A stretch of DNA of 64,000 bases from Basidiobolus meristosporus CBS 931.73. Taxonomy: Eukaryota > Fungi > Basidiobolomycota. The stretch spans positions 76,812-140,811 of the forward strand of contig MCFE01000183.1 in NCBI GenBank assembly GCA_002104905.1, in the 5' to 3' direction. A program made the position numbers and the translations under genes. Of this stretch, positions 1 through 13,800 are shown one piece after another (position 1 is the first letter of the stretch; each line of letters starts with the position of its first letter). Below the pieces are notes generated by a model. That model saw nothing but the letters and a program-made list of their open reading frames with translations. It had not been told where the DNA came from and made no database searches.

Positions 1-3000
1 GTTCTGAATCCTTATAAGTGTATCTTAAGCAGATATCAGCAGTTCCTTTTAGGTATCTAAAAATCCGCTTAACTGCTGCAATATGATCAGATCCATAATT
101 CTGATTATGTTGGCTGACAACTCCCACTGAATATGAGATATCTGGACGTGTTCCAAGCATGATATACATCAGACTGTCGACCATAGATTGATAAGGAAAG
201 TCAGGGCTTTCAGATGGCACCAAGCTCTCTTGATTTGGTTGAGTTTTGACCAAGTTAAGGTTTGTCTCCATTGGGGTAGCTGCCAGTTTACAGTCTTCCA
301 TTTGGTACTTCTTTAGTATATCTTGAATATACTTGGATTGGCTTAGGGTGATAGTCTGGGTACTTCTGTCTATGGAGAACTTAATCCCTAAGTAGTAACT
401 AAGTTCTCCTAAATCAGACATCTTGAACTCCTTAGATAGGCTGGATTTAGTTTCTTCCAATGTTTCTAGGTTATTGGTGGCTATAATAAGATCATCCACA
501 TATAGAGCTAATAGAACTGGATTTGCTCTATCTGGCTTATAGTATATACTATAGTCAGCATTACTCCTTTTGAAACTTAAAGATTCCAAATAAGAATCTA
601 TCTTGCAATTCCAGGCTCTTGGTGATTGTTTGAGACCATATAGTGACTTTTTAAGCTTGCAGACCAAATGGGGGTTATCTTGGTCAACAAACCCATCAGG
701 CTGGTCCATATACACATCCTCATCAAGTTCTCCATTCAAAAATGCAGCTTTTACATCCATTTGATGAATAAAAAACTTATATTTGGCTGCAATAGCCAAT
801 ATTAATCTGATGGAATTAAACTTGGCTACCGGTGCAAAGGTCTCAGTATAGTCAAGTCCTTTTGTTTGAGAGTATCCTTTGGCTACAAGTCTTGCTTTGT
901 ATCTTTCAATTGTACCATCAGCCTTGTACTTTGTCTTGAAGACCCATCTGCATCCAATTGATTTTTGGTTGATTGGTAATTTGACTAAGTCCCAAGTTTG
1001 ATTTTCCATCAGTCCCTGATATTCCTCAGTCATTGCAGATCTCCAAAACTTTGTCTGAGGGCTATTTAGGGCCTCTTTTACAGTCTGGGGTTCATCAATA
1101 TGGACTGAATAGGCATAGGCTAAGTTTGTACCCTCATTAATATAGTAATTTGGGCTATTTCTTTTCCGATTTGATCTCTGGGCATTTGATACTGGAATGA
1201 TCACTTCTGGGATATTCCTGGGCACTGATTCTGGCTGAACCACGGTTGTAGAGTCCTCTGGAGTGAAAAAATTTTCATTGTTTTGCTCTGATTCAATCCT
1301 GACAATTGGTGGACTTGAGATCAAATTTTTGTCATCATCTGATGTCATTTTTTGTGAAAATTTTGAATTTTCATCAAACAACACATCCCTGGACTTGATC
1401 AGCTTCTTTGCTTCAGTATTGTAGAGTCTGTATGCCTTACTCTCATTGCAGTAGCCCAAAAATATGCATTTTACACTTTTTGGCTCCAATTTTGACTGAT
1501 TTCCGGCCAGTTTTTTGGCATATGCTGTACACCCAAATATTCTTAGATGTTCTGCACTTGGTCTGTATCCATACCATGCTTCAAATGGAATAGAATCACA
1601 AAGTATTCTGTTATAGCTCCTATTTTTAAGGTATACAGCAGTGGCAACTGATTCCACCCAAAAATCATAGGATAATTTTTGATCATGGATCATAGATCTT
1701 GCCATATCAATTATTGGTCTGCTTGCACATTCTGCTACTCCATTTTGCTGTGGGGAGTATGGTACAGTAGTGTCTTGCTTTATCCCATGAATTTTGCAGA
1801 AGTGGATGAACAGTTTTGAGGCATATTCTCCACCATTGTCAGAGGGTATTTTCTTGATTTTTTCACCAGTTTCTCTCTCCACCATGACTTTAAACTCCCT
1901 GAGCTTGTACAGAGCTGCTTGCTTTCTCTCCATGGAGTAGACCCACACATATATTGTATAAGCATCAATAAGAGTGAGTAAATACTTCATTCTACTCAAG
2001 TACAAATTTTGCATAGGTCCAAACAGATCTGAGTGAATTAGATCTATGTTTTTCTTGGTTTTAATTAGCCCAGAGCTCTCAAACAGTGGTCTGGCTTGTT
2101 TCCCATATATGCAGGCTTCACAGTGCTCCAAATTAGCTGGGGGATCAATTTTTACTCCAGAAATTAGCTGATCTCTGACCATTTTGCACAAACTATCAAG
2201 ATTGATGTGTTCAAATCTCCTGTGCCAAAGCATTGGTGTTTCCTTATTCAAGTTACTTATATTGGCTTCCAGATATGATGGAAAATAAGTCAACTTATAC
2301 AGATTCTGATCTCTGATACCTAAAGCAATAGGAGCACCATTTTGATCAGTGATCCTGCATGCAGAATTGTCAAGTTGAAACTGAGTCCTTCTGCAATGGC
2401 CTTACTTACAGATAGTAAGTTCTTGGCTATTTCTGGTACATAGAGTACTTCTTTAAAGGTCAGTGTATGGCTTCCTTCACTGCTTCTTAGGTTTACTTGG
2501 ATAGTTCCTTCTCCCATGGCATCAAGTGTTCTATTGTCACTCATGAAAACCTTCTTAATTGGAATTTCTTGATATTGTGTAAAAAGTTCTTTTTGGTGTG
2601 TAAAGTGTTGAGATACTCCAGAGTCATTATACAACATCTCAGAATCCTTGTTTGTGGTCATATTTAGTGCAGATATGAATAGTCTATCTTGAGTTGTTGC
2701 AACATTTCCATATTCAGCCTTTTTTGCTGACTATCTCTCTTTTCAAGCACTGGTCTGATGGGTGTCCTTACCATTTGCAGTAGTTGCAAAACAGGTTGCT
2801 ATTACCTTTAAGAGGTCTTGGGTATCTCCTCTGTTGGTTATCATGGCTTGTTAAAGCATTTTGTTCTTCCTTCTTATTGGCACTTGATTTACTAAATTCT
2901 TCATCCAGGAGCCTTCCATATACATAATTTATGGTTTGATCTTCAGTTCTGGACTCTAAGGCTGATATAAGGCCCTGAAATGTGTCTGTCAGGCTATTCA

Positions 3001-3481
3001 GGGTGGTTACTAGCACATCCTCATCAGTAGTTGGTATGCCCATGGATTCCATCTCATCCACCAGCAGGGTAATTCTATTGAGTAGATTTTCATTTCTTCT
3101 CCTGGCAGCATCTTTGTAGTAAAGAATTTTCAACTAAGATACATTTTCTTGGCAGCTGAACATGATTGTTAGGTGTCCTCTAATGCCTTCCAGGCATTCT
3201 TTGCTGTTTTTGCTCTTGAGCATTGAATTAGAAATTTGTCTTTGGCATTAAGGCAAATGCAGTTAAAGGCACTTTGTTCTTTCTTCTGGTACTTTAAGGC
3301 TTCCTCTTCCACATATTTAGGAGGGCATTCTTCTCCCATGACAATATTGAAAAGGCCTCTTTCTTGTAGCCGCATCTTCATTTTCACCTTCTACACTTGG
3401 TAGTTAAATCCATCCAACTTTTCAGCAGAGGGAAAAGTTTTGGTAATAGCAGTAGTAGACATTGCAGAGAGTGCCAGCTTG

Positions 3482-3493
3482 GGGCTCATAACC
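3482..3493 (-). other. Primer-binding site, copia-type (internal tRNA-iMet fragment)
   Basis: Minus strand reads GGTTATGAGCCC immediately after the LTR; resembles the copia PBS GGTTATGGGCCC. Confidence 0.75.
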
Positions 3494-3902
3494 TGATGTA
3501 AGAGTCTGGGAGATATTGACAGCAATTGGAAGAACAAGTAGATTATGTGGCTTTCACTTCAAAATTTAATGAATGTAAAAGTAGTAATTATACTTTTACA
3601 CGGTCTTGGCATAGCAAGCACATAGAATAAATTTAGGAAGGTCCTAAGAGCATGTGTGCAAGATTTGGGGCTGTTTGGACAACTTTGAGAATTTCCATGA
3701 TCTGGGTATCTGATATTTTGGTGAAAATATTCCAAGTAAATGCCAACATGGATTTTGGTCAGTATTCTCTAGGATTTGAAGGGAATGATCTAACTGACTA
3801 AGCTAGGTGAATATATATGTGGAATTACAAATTTTTACAACAAAAACCACATAATCTACTAGTTATCTCAATCACTTCTAATATCTCCTGACTTTTACAA
3901 CA
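3494..3902 (-). repeat. 5' LTR of the copia element (~409 bp, TG...CA)
   Basis: Begins TGATGTAAGAG and ends TTTTACAACA; abuts the PBS; related sequences at 36950, 43871 and 44543. Confidence 0.85.
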
Positions 3903-4040
3903 GAATATGCTCAGGAAAGCTCCAAGAACATGTGTGCAGCATGCGGGGCAGTTTGAACAATTTTAAGATTTTTCATATCCTGGACACCAGATGTTTTGGG
4001 GAAATATTCTAAGTATAGAAACACTTTAAGGGCAGAAGTG
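3903..4040. repeat. Partial LTR-interior fragment of the same family
   Basis: ccaagaacatgtgtgca...tgttttggggaaatattc matches the LTR interior at 3640-3740. Confidence 0.6.
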
Positions 4041-5433
4041 CTGTAAGTATTCAGCTTACATGTAAACCACCCATAGGTCTTTAGATTCTATTTAGCTTAT
4101 TGCCAAGGGATGAAGTTCTCCAAATCACTTCCAATACTCCCTAGAATCTTGCAACAGCACCACCACAAGACCATACTGAAAAGGTACAAATACCATCAGA
4201 AAATCCGCCTCAAGTCCAGTTTTGAAATTTTAGATAGGGGGGCTACCGGGAACTTTCCCATACCATCCTTACCATTAGTTCACCGACTCCCCTCAAGAAT
4301 TTCCATGTCCGATCAAGATGACAATAGCAGAGCATCAAGCAGTCTTCTAGTACTCCGCATCCCTCGCGACTGCCAAAAGCTATGATGGAAGAGGCACTCG
4401 CAGCACTGCATCTGCAAGGGTGGGTGTGGAATGCAAAGCTAAAGACTTTGAAGAATGGCGCCAGAGCAACAAGTTGTTAGGACAACCTCGAAAATACTGG
4501 AGGGTTTTGGGAGGTTGAAAGGAGAGTGGCTGTATGGGGTTTAGCATGAATATTTTGAAGCCAATTTTCAGACCAACCAACCGATCATGGGCTTTGGTAA
4601 AAAGAATCCAAGGGATGGGGATTTATGGGGTAGCTGGCTAATGGTCAGCACCGATTTAGTCGATTGAGTGGATTTTAGCGTAAACCAGATCAAGGGATAC
4701 GGGGTTTTGATTTACTTAATTGTTTACTTATACTGCGGGTCCCTAGATTCTTCCGAACCAGACCGTCATGGCCACATATTCTTGATTGAATCTTGGCTTA
4801 GTTCGGCAACAAGACCCCAAGTACATCTACATGGGGGCCACAACAATGGATACCAACGCCTCCGTTGAGAAAATCCATCCAGGAGAGTGGCACGGCCCTA
4901 TCTGTTGGTCGCCACCCCTTGAACTCAGTCCAGATGCAGGGCCATTGCGACGTATCCCAGACAGTCGCATCTCATGCTAGATTCCTCTCTCAGCCATCCT
5001 TGTCGCCCACCATCTCTGCCCCGACAAGCCCCAGGCAATGCAAGTTCGATTAAGGTTAGACGTTTAGATCAACCCGATTCCTATTTGAACCAGCAGGATG
5101 CAAAACTCCCTGACTCAGGATGCTCGAATCACACTACGCAATCCACGGGACTTGTTGTGTAAATAACTCCATCCACCAATCATCTGGACTGCGGGGGGAA
5201 ATCCGATGCAGGATCAGAAAAACAATTCCGACCACTACAACGTTCGCGGTCACATCTACATCAGTATCCACTTGTTTACTCGAGGCTCCATTGTCAACAA
5301 TTCGAAGGGGCAGTAAATTTTATCTCGATAGAGAGCAGCCTCGATTCCGTACCTTTGCTATCACCCGGTTGACTCTGCGGGAAACCACTGTTACTTGTGC
5401 TTTTGCTCCGGGGGAACTCTTCTCGACGTATCT

Positions 5434-7746
5434 ATGGACACGCCCCCGCTAACCGACGCCTACTCCTTCTCTTCCCTCCCCTCCTTGAGGTTTGTGCAAC
5501 TCCTCAACCCTGTTGTTGGCAACTACTAACCTAGACCATCGTTCCCCAACACTTTAGCATGGAGCAACCTAAAAACCTCCCAGAACAGCTCTACTTGCGA
5601 ACTGGCCCACCCACCACCGCCAGGGAGAGGAAGGTGGCCAAAACCGAGCCGGTAACCTCGCCGTTCAAAACCATCCGAAGAATCTCCTCTTTCACGATTC
5701 CCAGATCGAAGCCCCCACCGAAGCCTGTCCTGGCCGGAACTCACGGCACCAACAATTGCCCAGCCATACCTACCCCAGACAACTACAGGAAGCGCTCGCT
5801 ACCCCTTGACGCCCGAGGGCTCGCCCGAGATGGCCAGCTTGGCTACAGCGGCCTAGGGCTTACAGAAAAGAAAAGCCGACTTGCCGGCAGTGTTGAGTTT
5901 CATCTTACTTCGGTTGTAGAAGACAACAGTCATGTGCTGGACCAGAATCTCAACATCACCCACGTGTCCATGAACAAAATCCTCCCCCAACGCCCGAGCA
6001 CGGTGACGCCTACTGGGCCCTCCACCAACACATCACCCATCATTATCTCCTCACAAACTCCGTCCCCGGAATGCAAAAGGCCCAAGTCCCTGAGCACTCT
6101 CAATGGGCTTAGGTTTACCCTGATGGACGCTTTCAAGAGAATCCAGTCGAGCTACAAGCCGGTGATCAAACAGACGCCCCTCAATCCTCGCACCGTCACC
6201 ATCACCGGATCCCCACGGATGATTTGTTCCCGAGGCTCCCTCGTCATCGGAAGTAGCGAGAACTTCCTTCGGGTGACCCCGAGCAAGAAGCCCCTTCTTC
6301 CGGAGAGACAACCCACCCCTCAATTCGGGGTGTCCAGATTCCGGGTGGGAAGGCAGCTTGACCGACCCCATGGGGCCCGCCACAGGAGCTCTGCCGTCCC
6401 CTTTAGCTGCACCAAATGTCAGAAGAAGTACAAGACCTCCCGTGGCTACAAGAACCATCGATGCTCCCGCAAGACGGAGGACATGGTGGACTGCGTCTGT
6501 GGACGCGACCGTTCGGACATCGGGACGATGATCTTCTGCGACATGTGCCGTAACTGGCTTCATCTCAAGTGCCTAGGCATCACCGAGGATAATCTTCCGG
6601 AGCAGTATTTTTGCCCCAAGTGTGCCACTGCCGCACACGGGAAAAGCATCACCAGAGCTCCCGGCGCATCCAAAAAGCCATCGACCATGTCGGCCCTGGC
6701 GCCGTACCTGCTGCCATCCGACTTGACGACCGAGGATCCCCATGACCTGTACCAGAACACGCTACAACCCACCCATGGAGATTTGGCCACCGATCCGTTC
6801 GACTCGGATGGTGAGCTTCCGGCGTTTGACGATACGGATGGGGTGGACCTGAGTTCCGGGACCGGGCAATACCCGTCGCTTCTATTCGAGAACGACGACG
6901 ACATGTATATGCTGTTCTCGGATGTCCCGCCCTACGACGGCACAGACGCCCTATCGAGTGAGGTGAACGGGTTCGTGTCCGAGCCGTGCCTCGACTACGA
7001 TGACACCTACCGAGTATGTGGCCATGTTCATTTCAATCGCGACCCCTGTACTAACCCATTCGCAGCAATTCGCATCTAAACCACAAACTGTGTACGATCA
7101 GGTCAGTCAATCGAACTCCATGTACAGCCTCAGCTCGATGGTAAGTAGGGGGAGGGATCGTTGTTCTCTGGCCCGTATCCGGTATTCATCGAACTTCTTT
7201 AGGCAGCGGAGTTCATGTCTGATCCGTTCTCCGACATTCCTCAGTCGGACGATCCGCTTTCCAGCCACCAGATGTTCGAGACACCCGCGATAGCCAGGTA
7301 AGGCGTTCGTGGCTGATACCCATCTGCATCACCCAACTAACGTTCCGTCGAAACACCAGTGCGCCCAACTTCTCCATCCCTCACAGCGAAGACCCTCAAA
7401 CCCTCTTCGACTTCAACAGCGAGGACCCGAATCAGCTGTTCTCCTTCACCGACTCGTGCACGGACTTCTCAATGCTTCCGAGTGCGATCTCAGAAACCCT
7501 CGAATGGCCTGCGGATCCATTCAACATGGAATCAGTGTTTGGAGGTAGGTCCTTAGTCCAGTGTTACGTAGATTCGTCAGTGCACCCGCTAATCATCGTT
7601 TGTACAGATGTGATAGACGCGGACTACGTATCTTAGTTGGCCGCTCACCCTCCAAAAACGATCTTTATTACCCAGCTACACCATCGGACTGGCTCCGTAT
7701 TGGGTCTGTACAGATACTCTCCACCATTCCATCCGTCCCTCCCTGA
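5434..7746 (+). CDS. PHD-finger protein with a preceding C2H2-like finger (multi-exon, ends approximate)
   Basis: CTKCQKKYKTSRGYKNHRC and VDCVCGRDRSDIGTMIFCDMCRNWLHLKCLGI...YFCPKC in ORF 5559-7079. Plausible GT-AG introns link ATG 5434 and the downstream exons. Confidence 0.75.
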
Positions 7747-8063
7747 ATCCAGCCACTCAACTCTGAGTACTATTGGCGAACGGGGCAACTTGTAAGATAG
7801 CAACATCCCGGAGCGGGGTTGCCATGAAATACTATGTTTGTGTATATAGCCATATGAACGACCACCTCGAAAACCTTCCCTTCTCTACCTATTTATTACC
7901 CCACGCGGCACCCGCTACTCAAATCAAAACCGAATAAATGAACCCCCCCCCCCCACACACACACACGTTTTAGAGCCATTTGGTGTCTACGCAATGAACA
8001 ACGACAAGAAGCAACCCTTTTGTGCAGACGTGGATCCAAGGAAAAGCAGTGCGTTTATTATGC

Positions 8064-9414
8064 TTACGATCCAATGGGGGTTATGTACAAGGGCTTGTCC
8101 TTGTTGCCGTTTATACCTTCTGCTCTAGAGCATACTCCACAAACTAGCGAGGATGAGGTTAAGGTGAATCGGTACATCAGGTGACAACATTTGGGCAAAC
8201 TTACTTCGTCGATGAGAACTGGCCAAGCGCCTATGGAAAGCAAACGGGGATGAGTAAGGGCAGTGGGTATTTGGGGATTGGTGTACGGACCTTCCATGTC
8301 GTGGCCACTGAAGTCGTTCGGGCAACTCTTGATGAAATCTAGAAACTATGACCACAGTTCAAAGGGGGGTTCTCGCAATGTAGGTCAAATCCCGATACCA
8401 ACCAGGTTCCACGTATCTCTGGAGATGGCCTTTCCATGCTTCTCCTGTAAGAATTGAATCCAGACATCGAGATGGGTATATTTTCCTTCGAGAAGGAGCT
8501 GCCACAGCAGAATGGCGATATCGAGTGCTATAGAACCCTCGTGCATTAGTGATGTGCAGGTCAATTCGAGTCATTCAAACCCCGTTACGTACGCAGACTC
8601 TTCTGGTTCTCGCTTCTACTGAATTTAAAGGTGAATTGATAGATCTGCTTGAATTTCTCCTCATCGTTCAGCTCCTCCCTCAGCGCAGGAAGGACGCTCT
8701 TCATCTTTTCCAAATTGTCGCACCTAGATGGGTCCCGGGTTATCTTCGGTCTCTCGCATGTGAGGAAGTACACTATCAGTTACCCCAGAGCTGCCCAACC
8801 GTCAACGAAGCCCTTTCTCTTGAACTCGCACATCCGTTCGGCGCCCAGGTGCCACGCCACTACCAACATCACCACATCGGTAGGATCTACCTCGAGATCG
8901 TTGCATAACTTCTCTGTTCCTTCCACCAGAATGGCGTCTTCGTCGGGATCTTTTGGACCAAAGGGGATGGAAGGCAGTTAAAGTACGACTCGCTTTACGT
9001 CAGTGTGGAACTCACGACGAAACAAACAACCCACCTTTATACCCCTCAAACACATCGCTGAGCTCTTGGTAGTTTATGGGGACGGAGTGATGAGCCCCGT
9101 TGTCCTTGGAAGAGAAAGAATGGCCGAAATACCCATCGACGGCAAGCTGAACATTCCAGTTAAAGGCTTCGAGGGTCTCACGAGCAACCCTCTCACTGTT
9201 CGCCGAAAGAACCCGGAGAAAGAATGAATGAGTGTGTGGGTGGGTGAAAGGGAGAGCTGGTTCTGCTCTAGGTTACCTGGTATTCGTGAACCCAACAAAG
9301 GTCTTTATCTTCTCGCTTTGCTGTGCTCTTCTGGTAAAATTCTACATGGGAGCAGGGGTTGGTAATGGTGGTGGGGATGGCGCCAATGGACAGGGTAACA
9401 AATGAACCTACCAT
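8064..9414 (-). CDS. DCN1: DCN1-like cullin neddylation E3 (UBA-like + PONY domain), multi-exon
   Basis: Spliced pieces EKIKTFVGFT, LEAFNWNVQLAVDGYF, EKFKQIYQFTFKFSRSENQKSL, AISRDTWNL, GAWPVLIDE. Confidence 0.85.
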
Positions 9415-9908
9415 CACTATACGCGTGTGTCAACAGTGAAACGTGGACCTACGTTGAAGAGTGAAAAGTACTAGAAAGTTCACTATTTCTTGGATATCTT
9501 TGGAATTGATTTGATCTCGGTGAACCAAGGATCCTAGGCCATCGACTAATGAGATCCCCCTCTCTGCATCGACAGTGTGCCTTTCTTAATTCATCCAGGA
9601 ATGGTGCGGATCCGCATCCGGGGAATAAAATGAGGGAAATCCTCATCAGAAATATCGGAATTCGCTCCAGCGTCAGATCGCTTGGTCAGCGCCGCTGTGA
9701 TTGGCCGTGGGTGCCAGCTCGAAATGAACAAAATTCACCGCGTAGCAGCGGGAGAACGGTCTTTTCTGTCGGTTGTCATCCTTCAGTACTACGGTTAGTT
9801 CGAGTGGGTTTGAGGTCGCCGGAGATGGCGACATCGGACTGTTTCCGTTTCCATCCATCCACGGATGTGTGCTAACTTTCGTTGGTTCTTTCTCAGGGGA
9901 AACAGAAC

Positions 9909-10632
9909 ATGGCTCTTCCTGCTGAAATCACTGCCGAGGCTCAAGGCATCCAACTTTTCAACAAGTGGTCCTATGAAGACCTCGAGATCAAGGACATCTC
10001 CTTGACCGACTACCTCCAAATCAGAGCTCCTGTCTACTTGCCCCACACCGCCGGTAGATATGCTACCAAGAAGTTCAGAAAGGCCCAAGTACGTAGGTCG
10101 AATTGCTTGGGGCTGCGTGGATGATACTAACCGTTTGTGCTTTGCTAGTGCCCCATCGTTGAACGCCTCACCAACTCTCTTATGATGCACGGCCGTAACA
10201 ACGGAAAGAAGCTCATGGCTGTCCGTATCGTCAAGCACGCTTTCGAGATCATCAACCTTCTTACCGATCAAAACCCTCTTCAAGTCCTCATTGATGCCAT
10301 CATCAACTCCGGACCCCGCGAAGACTCCACCCGCATCGGTAGCTCTGGTACTGTTCGTAGACAAGCCGTTGATGTTTCTCCCTTGAGAAGAGTCAACCAA
10401 GCCATCCACCTTTTGACCACTGGTACTCGTGAGTCTGCCTTCAGAAATGTCAAGACCATTGCTGAATGCTTGGCTGATGAGCTCATCAACGCCGCCAAGG
10501 GCTCCTCCAACAGTTACGCCATCAAGAAGAAGGACGAATTGGAGCGTGTCGCCAAGAGTAAGTCCCATCCCATGGTCCATGGACCGAGCAGCGACTGTGT
10601 ACTAACCGATTTCCTCTTCAGGCAACCGTTAA
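9909..10632 (+). CDS. RPS5: 40S ribosomal protein S5 (uS7), 2 coding introns
   Basis: [19 protein letters not shown]|[38 protein letters not shown]|SNR*. Introns ~10090-10148 and ~10558-10621. Confidence 0.98.
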
Positions 10633-10807
10633 TTCTTGCGCCACCTTTTCGAGTTACTTGCTCATACTTTACACCGTCTTTGGATGAAGTAGAGCGTTAT
10701 TTGACTCGGCATCACTTTAATAAACTCCTAAAAACCATACGGTCAGGCGTGTTTGTGGAGCGTTCGTCGCATTTGTAAAGAATGGATTTATTGCTTTTGC
10801 ACTGTGC

Positions 10808-13800
10808 TCATTTCTGGTTCAAAACTGAATAGCCTCTAGGCCCGTTGAGTCTTGATTGGGGCCTGGACTGGATTAGGGTGCGCGATGATGCTGCTTGGGA
10901 GGTGCGGTTGGAGGGAGAGGAGTAGAACTGGTAGGGTGCAGTCCAGGAGGGTGCCCGATGATACAGCTGCCCGTGCATTGGACTGGGTGTGGAGTAGCGT
11001 GCATTTGGATGCGGCATATGTCCGAATTGATGGTAGCTGTAGGATGGGATGGAATAGACGGGGTTCATGCCAAATGAACGCGAGGCCTGTACCCGTGGGA
11101 TATATGTCTGGCGTGCCTGGTGGTGAGGTTGATATCCAAGCGGGGAGACGGAGAGCGGCATAGAGTAATGGGAGAACTGTGGATGATACAGGTCCATGGG
11201 ATCGCTCATTGGTGGTATCGCGGTGGAGACGAATGTAGGGGCCCCGGTGCTGCCATTCTGATATGGACGAGGGCCACAGAGCTGGCTATAGCGAAGCTTG
11301 CCTTGGTCGGTCATGTGGTCGCCCTCGCTGTGGTGTCTTTTCTGAAGCGACTTGTATTTGCTTGAGCCATCCAGCTCGCGGGCTTGATTCGGCATATAAC
11401 GATGAGTGGGTTCGGCTGTGTATCTTATTGGCTCAACCACGACATCCTCGATGATCTCGTTCTCGTTGATTACGCTGAGCTCTCTACTCAGATTTGGTCC
11501 GTCGAGTCTGCCGTGCTTATAGTAGTGTGCATCGGAACCTGGTCTCAGAGTCTCAACCTCGTCGCTCGTGGAGCCACGTTTCTCAGTGCTCCATTCGTGC
11601 CAATGCTTGGTTGGGATATCGCCGGGGTCGAACTGCTCTACGTCTCTGCCGTGTTCGTCGCCACTGCTCAGACCGTCTATCTTTCTCGTGGTTCCCCAAG
11701 AGAAATCGTCGAAATGCCAGAACGCATATATGGGAAGGACAAAATTCCATATCGGCATGGCCAATATAAACACCACCATCCAGAGAACATACCCCATCTT
11801 TCTGGTGGTCACGGCGATTAGTAGGCTCTGGAGGAAGAATACGATGCACATGAACAGTAGTGGCAGCCAGACATCGGCCCCAGTGAATGCAGCCAGGATC
11901 AGAAAGCAGAAGAAGACAAACGAGGCCGGCATGATGACCGTTCCGACTAGCTCCAGGAGGATCACGAACTGCATGGAGCAGCAAAAAATCCCACATAGTT
12001 GTGGAACCAGGATCAGCTCCAGTAGATTGTGGATGGTGGAGTTGATCCAACGTCGACGCTGGCTCAGAAGCACTCGGAATTCATCTGGAACCACCGTCTT
12101 GCAGATGGCTTTTGGCACGTATATCATCTTCCGCTTGGGAAAGGTACGGATCATCAGGGTCGTGAGGTAACGATCCTCTCCTAATAACAACAGGTTTTTC
12201 TGGTGAAGCGTGGAGACATGGTTGGAGGAATACAGTGCCACGATCTCTGGATTGGCAAGCACCGGCACTGAGTAATCGCTACACTTCGGTGCCTTGATTC
12301 GATACATGCAAAAGCAGCCAGGTAGGCAGGTGACTCCACCAAATATCGATTCGAAAGCCTTCCCCAGATGATGCGAGATGTAGTACTCGTACACCTTGAA
12401 TCGGGAATTGGTAGCTGTTAAGGACTGTCTGCGTAAAGAGCATGTAGACGCGTACTGTACCTGAATCATGGTCACCCAAGTTTGTTTCTTGTTTGCTACT
12501 TTGGTCTCTCCACAAAGCCCCATCACATTCGAATCTCGTTCCATCGCAGCCACCATCCGGCTGACACTGTCCTCCTCAACCAGAGTATCCGCATCTACCA
12601 TCAGGACCATCTCGAATTGATCAGGTGTGAAACTCATCAGAATCCTGACTTTCTCGAACAATTCGTACTCTAGTGGATTCATCTTCTCATTCAGACATAT
12701 CTTGCTTAACCATCGCATCAGGATCAACTGCGAATCTCTCTTTCCGCGGTTTCCGGCCCTAGAAGTGGTTCTTTCGTTCGGGGTTCCGCACTTGACCACC
12801 ACCAATATTGGCACCCGATGCTCCTGGCAGCGGTAGAAGCCAGTGTACACCTGTGCCATGTTATGCTGTCGGGCACCGTCTCCTACCGCAATATAGGAAG
12901 CAGGCTCGGGAATTGCCGCGGCCGAGTCTAGCGGCTCTATGATGTCCAAAACGATGTTGGGAGTAGATTTGTCGTTCCCAGAGCCTATGATATCCCCGTC
13001 GCATATCACGAAGAGCAGCTTGCTTTCATCCTCGTAACTGGTCAAGGCCAGCGAGTCCAAAGTCGTCCGTATCGAGTGTTCTCCCTCGGAGTAGCACGTG
13101 ACAAGCAGGATAATGGGCTTGATTGGATCGGAGGGATTGGCCTTCTTTGAGATCTTCCCTAGCTTTTTGGACAAAAACCAGTCGAAGGCCACTGCCGAGG
13201 CAAATTTGATTAAGATGATACCCACGAGGATAACGCTGGACACCACAATCAGCAGGTTGGAGGCGAAGCAGCCGGTACTTGACCCCTCCACCATCCCAAC
13301 CATCAGCTGGTCTTCGAAGCAGGGAATCATGTTTTTCAAACCACGATCTCTCATGATGTCTCTGGTGGCGTCTCTTCCTATCAGCTTCAACAACTTCGAG
13401 GTGAACTGGGCATCTCCCAGATAGGTTTCGTTATTGTACAGGTAAAGTTCGAGAGAGAAAACCTTGTCGTTGTACACGAATAGCTTTCTCTCTTTCTCCT
13501 GGATGGACTCCCAGGAGAAGGCGACGAAGTTCTGTATACTTAGGGACTCCAAGGTTTTTCGGGAGATCGGACTATTGTGGCAATGGTAGCGCTTGTCCAT
13601 CCCTTCGAACGCACAACTAGGTCTCAGTGGCCACTTCCGGCACTTGGAGGCAAACTTGTCAATCGGAAAGAACTCACTAATATCATGCCCCAACAAGGGG
13701 TTGATCACCGAGGCCAGATCTTCGTCTTGGAAAGGAAGGATGGGCCTGTGGTAGCCAAAGCGGAAGTAGTCTCTGACATTATAGAGCCTGCCCCGAACGA

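Larger units (their letters stand above)
1..3902 (-). mobile_element. Degenerate Ty1/copia LTR retrotransposon (5' LTR, PBS, gag, protease, integrase, RT); the 3' part lies outside the window
   Basis: Gag MSTTAITKTFPSAEKLDGFNYQV*KVKMKMRL starts near 3470. Protease LYNDSGVSQHFT. Integrase IHSDLFGP and VENMPQN. RT motifs LYVDDL (~500-517) and TRPDISYSVG. Copia domain order; many stops and frameshifts. Confidence 0.95.

Noticed and set aside
1-3500. Repeat-induced point mutation (RIP) as the cause of decay
   Set aside because: Depletion is mainly of CpG. Individual TGG-to-stop changes have mixed contexts, and RIP indices were not computed.
7943-7966. C-run plus (CA)n
   Set aside because: Ordinary short simple repeat between convergent genes; not telomere-related.
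9795-10580. 261-aa minus-strand ORF
   Set aside because: Antisense shadow of codon-biased RPS5; likewise the antisense ORFs over HSP70, both CHS genes and VID27.
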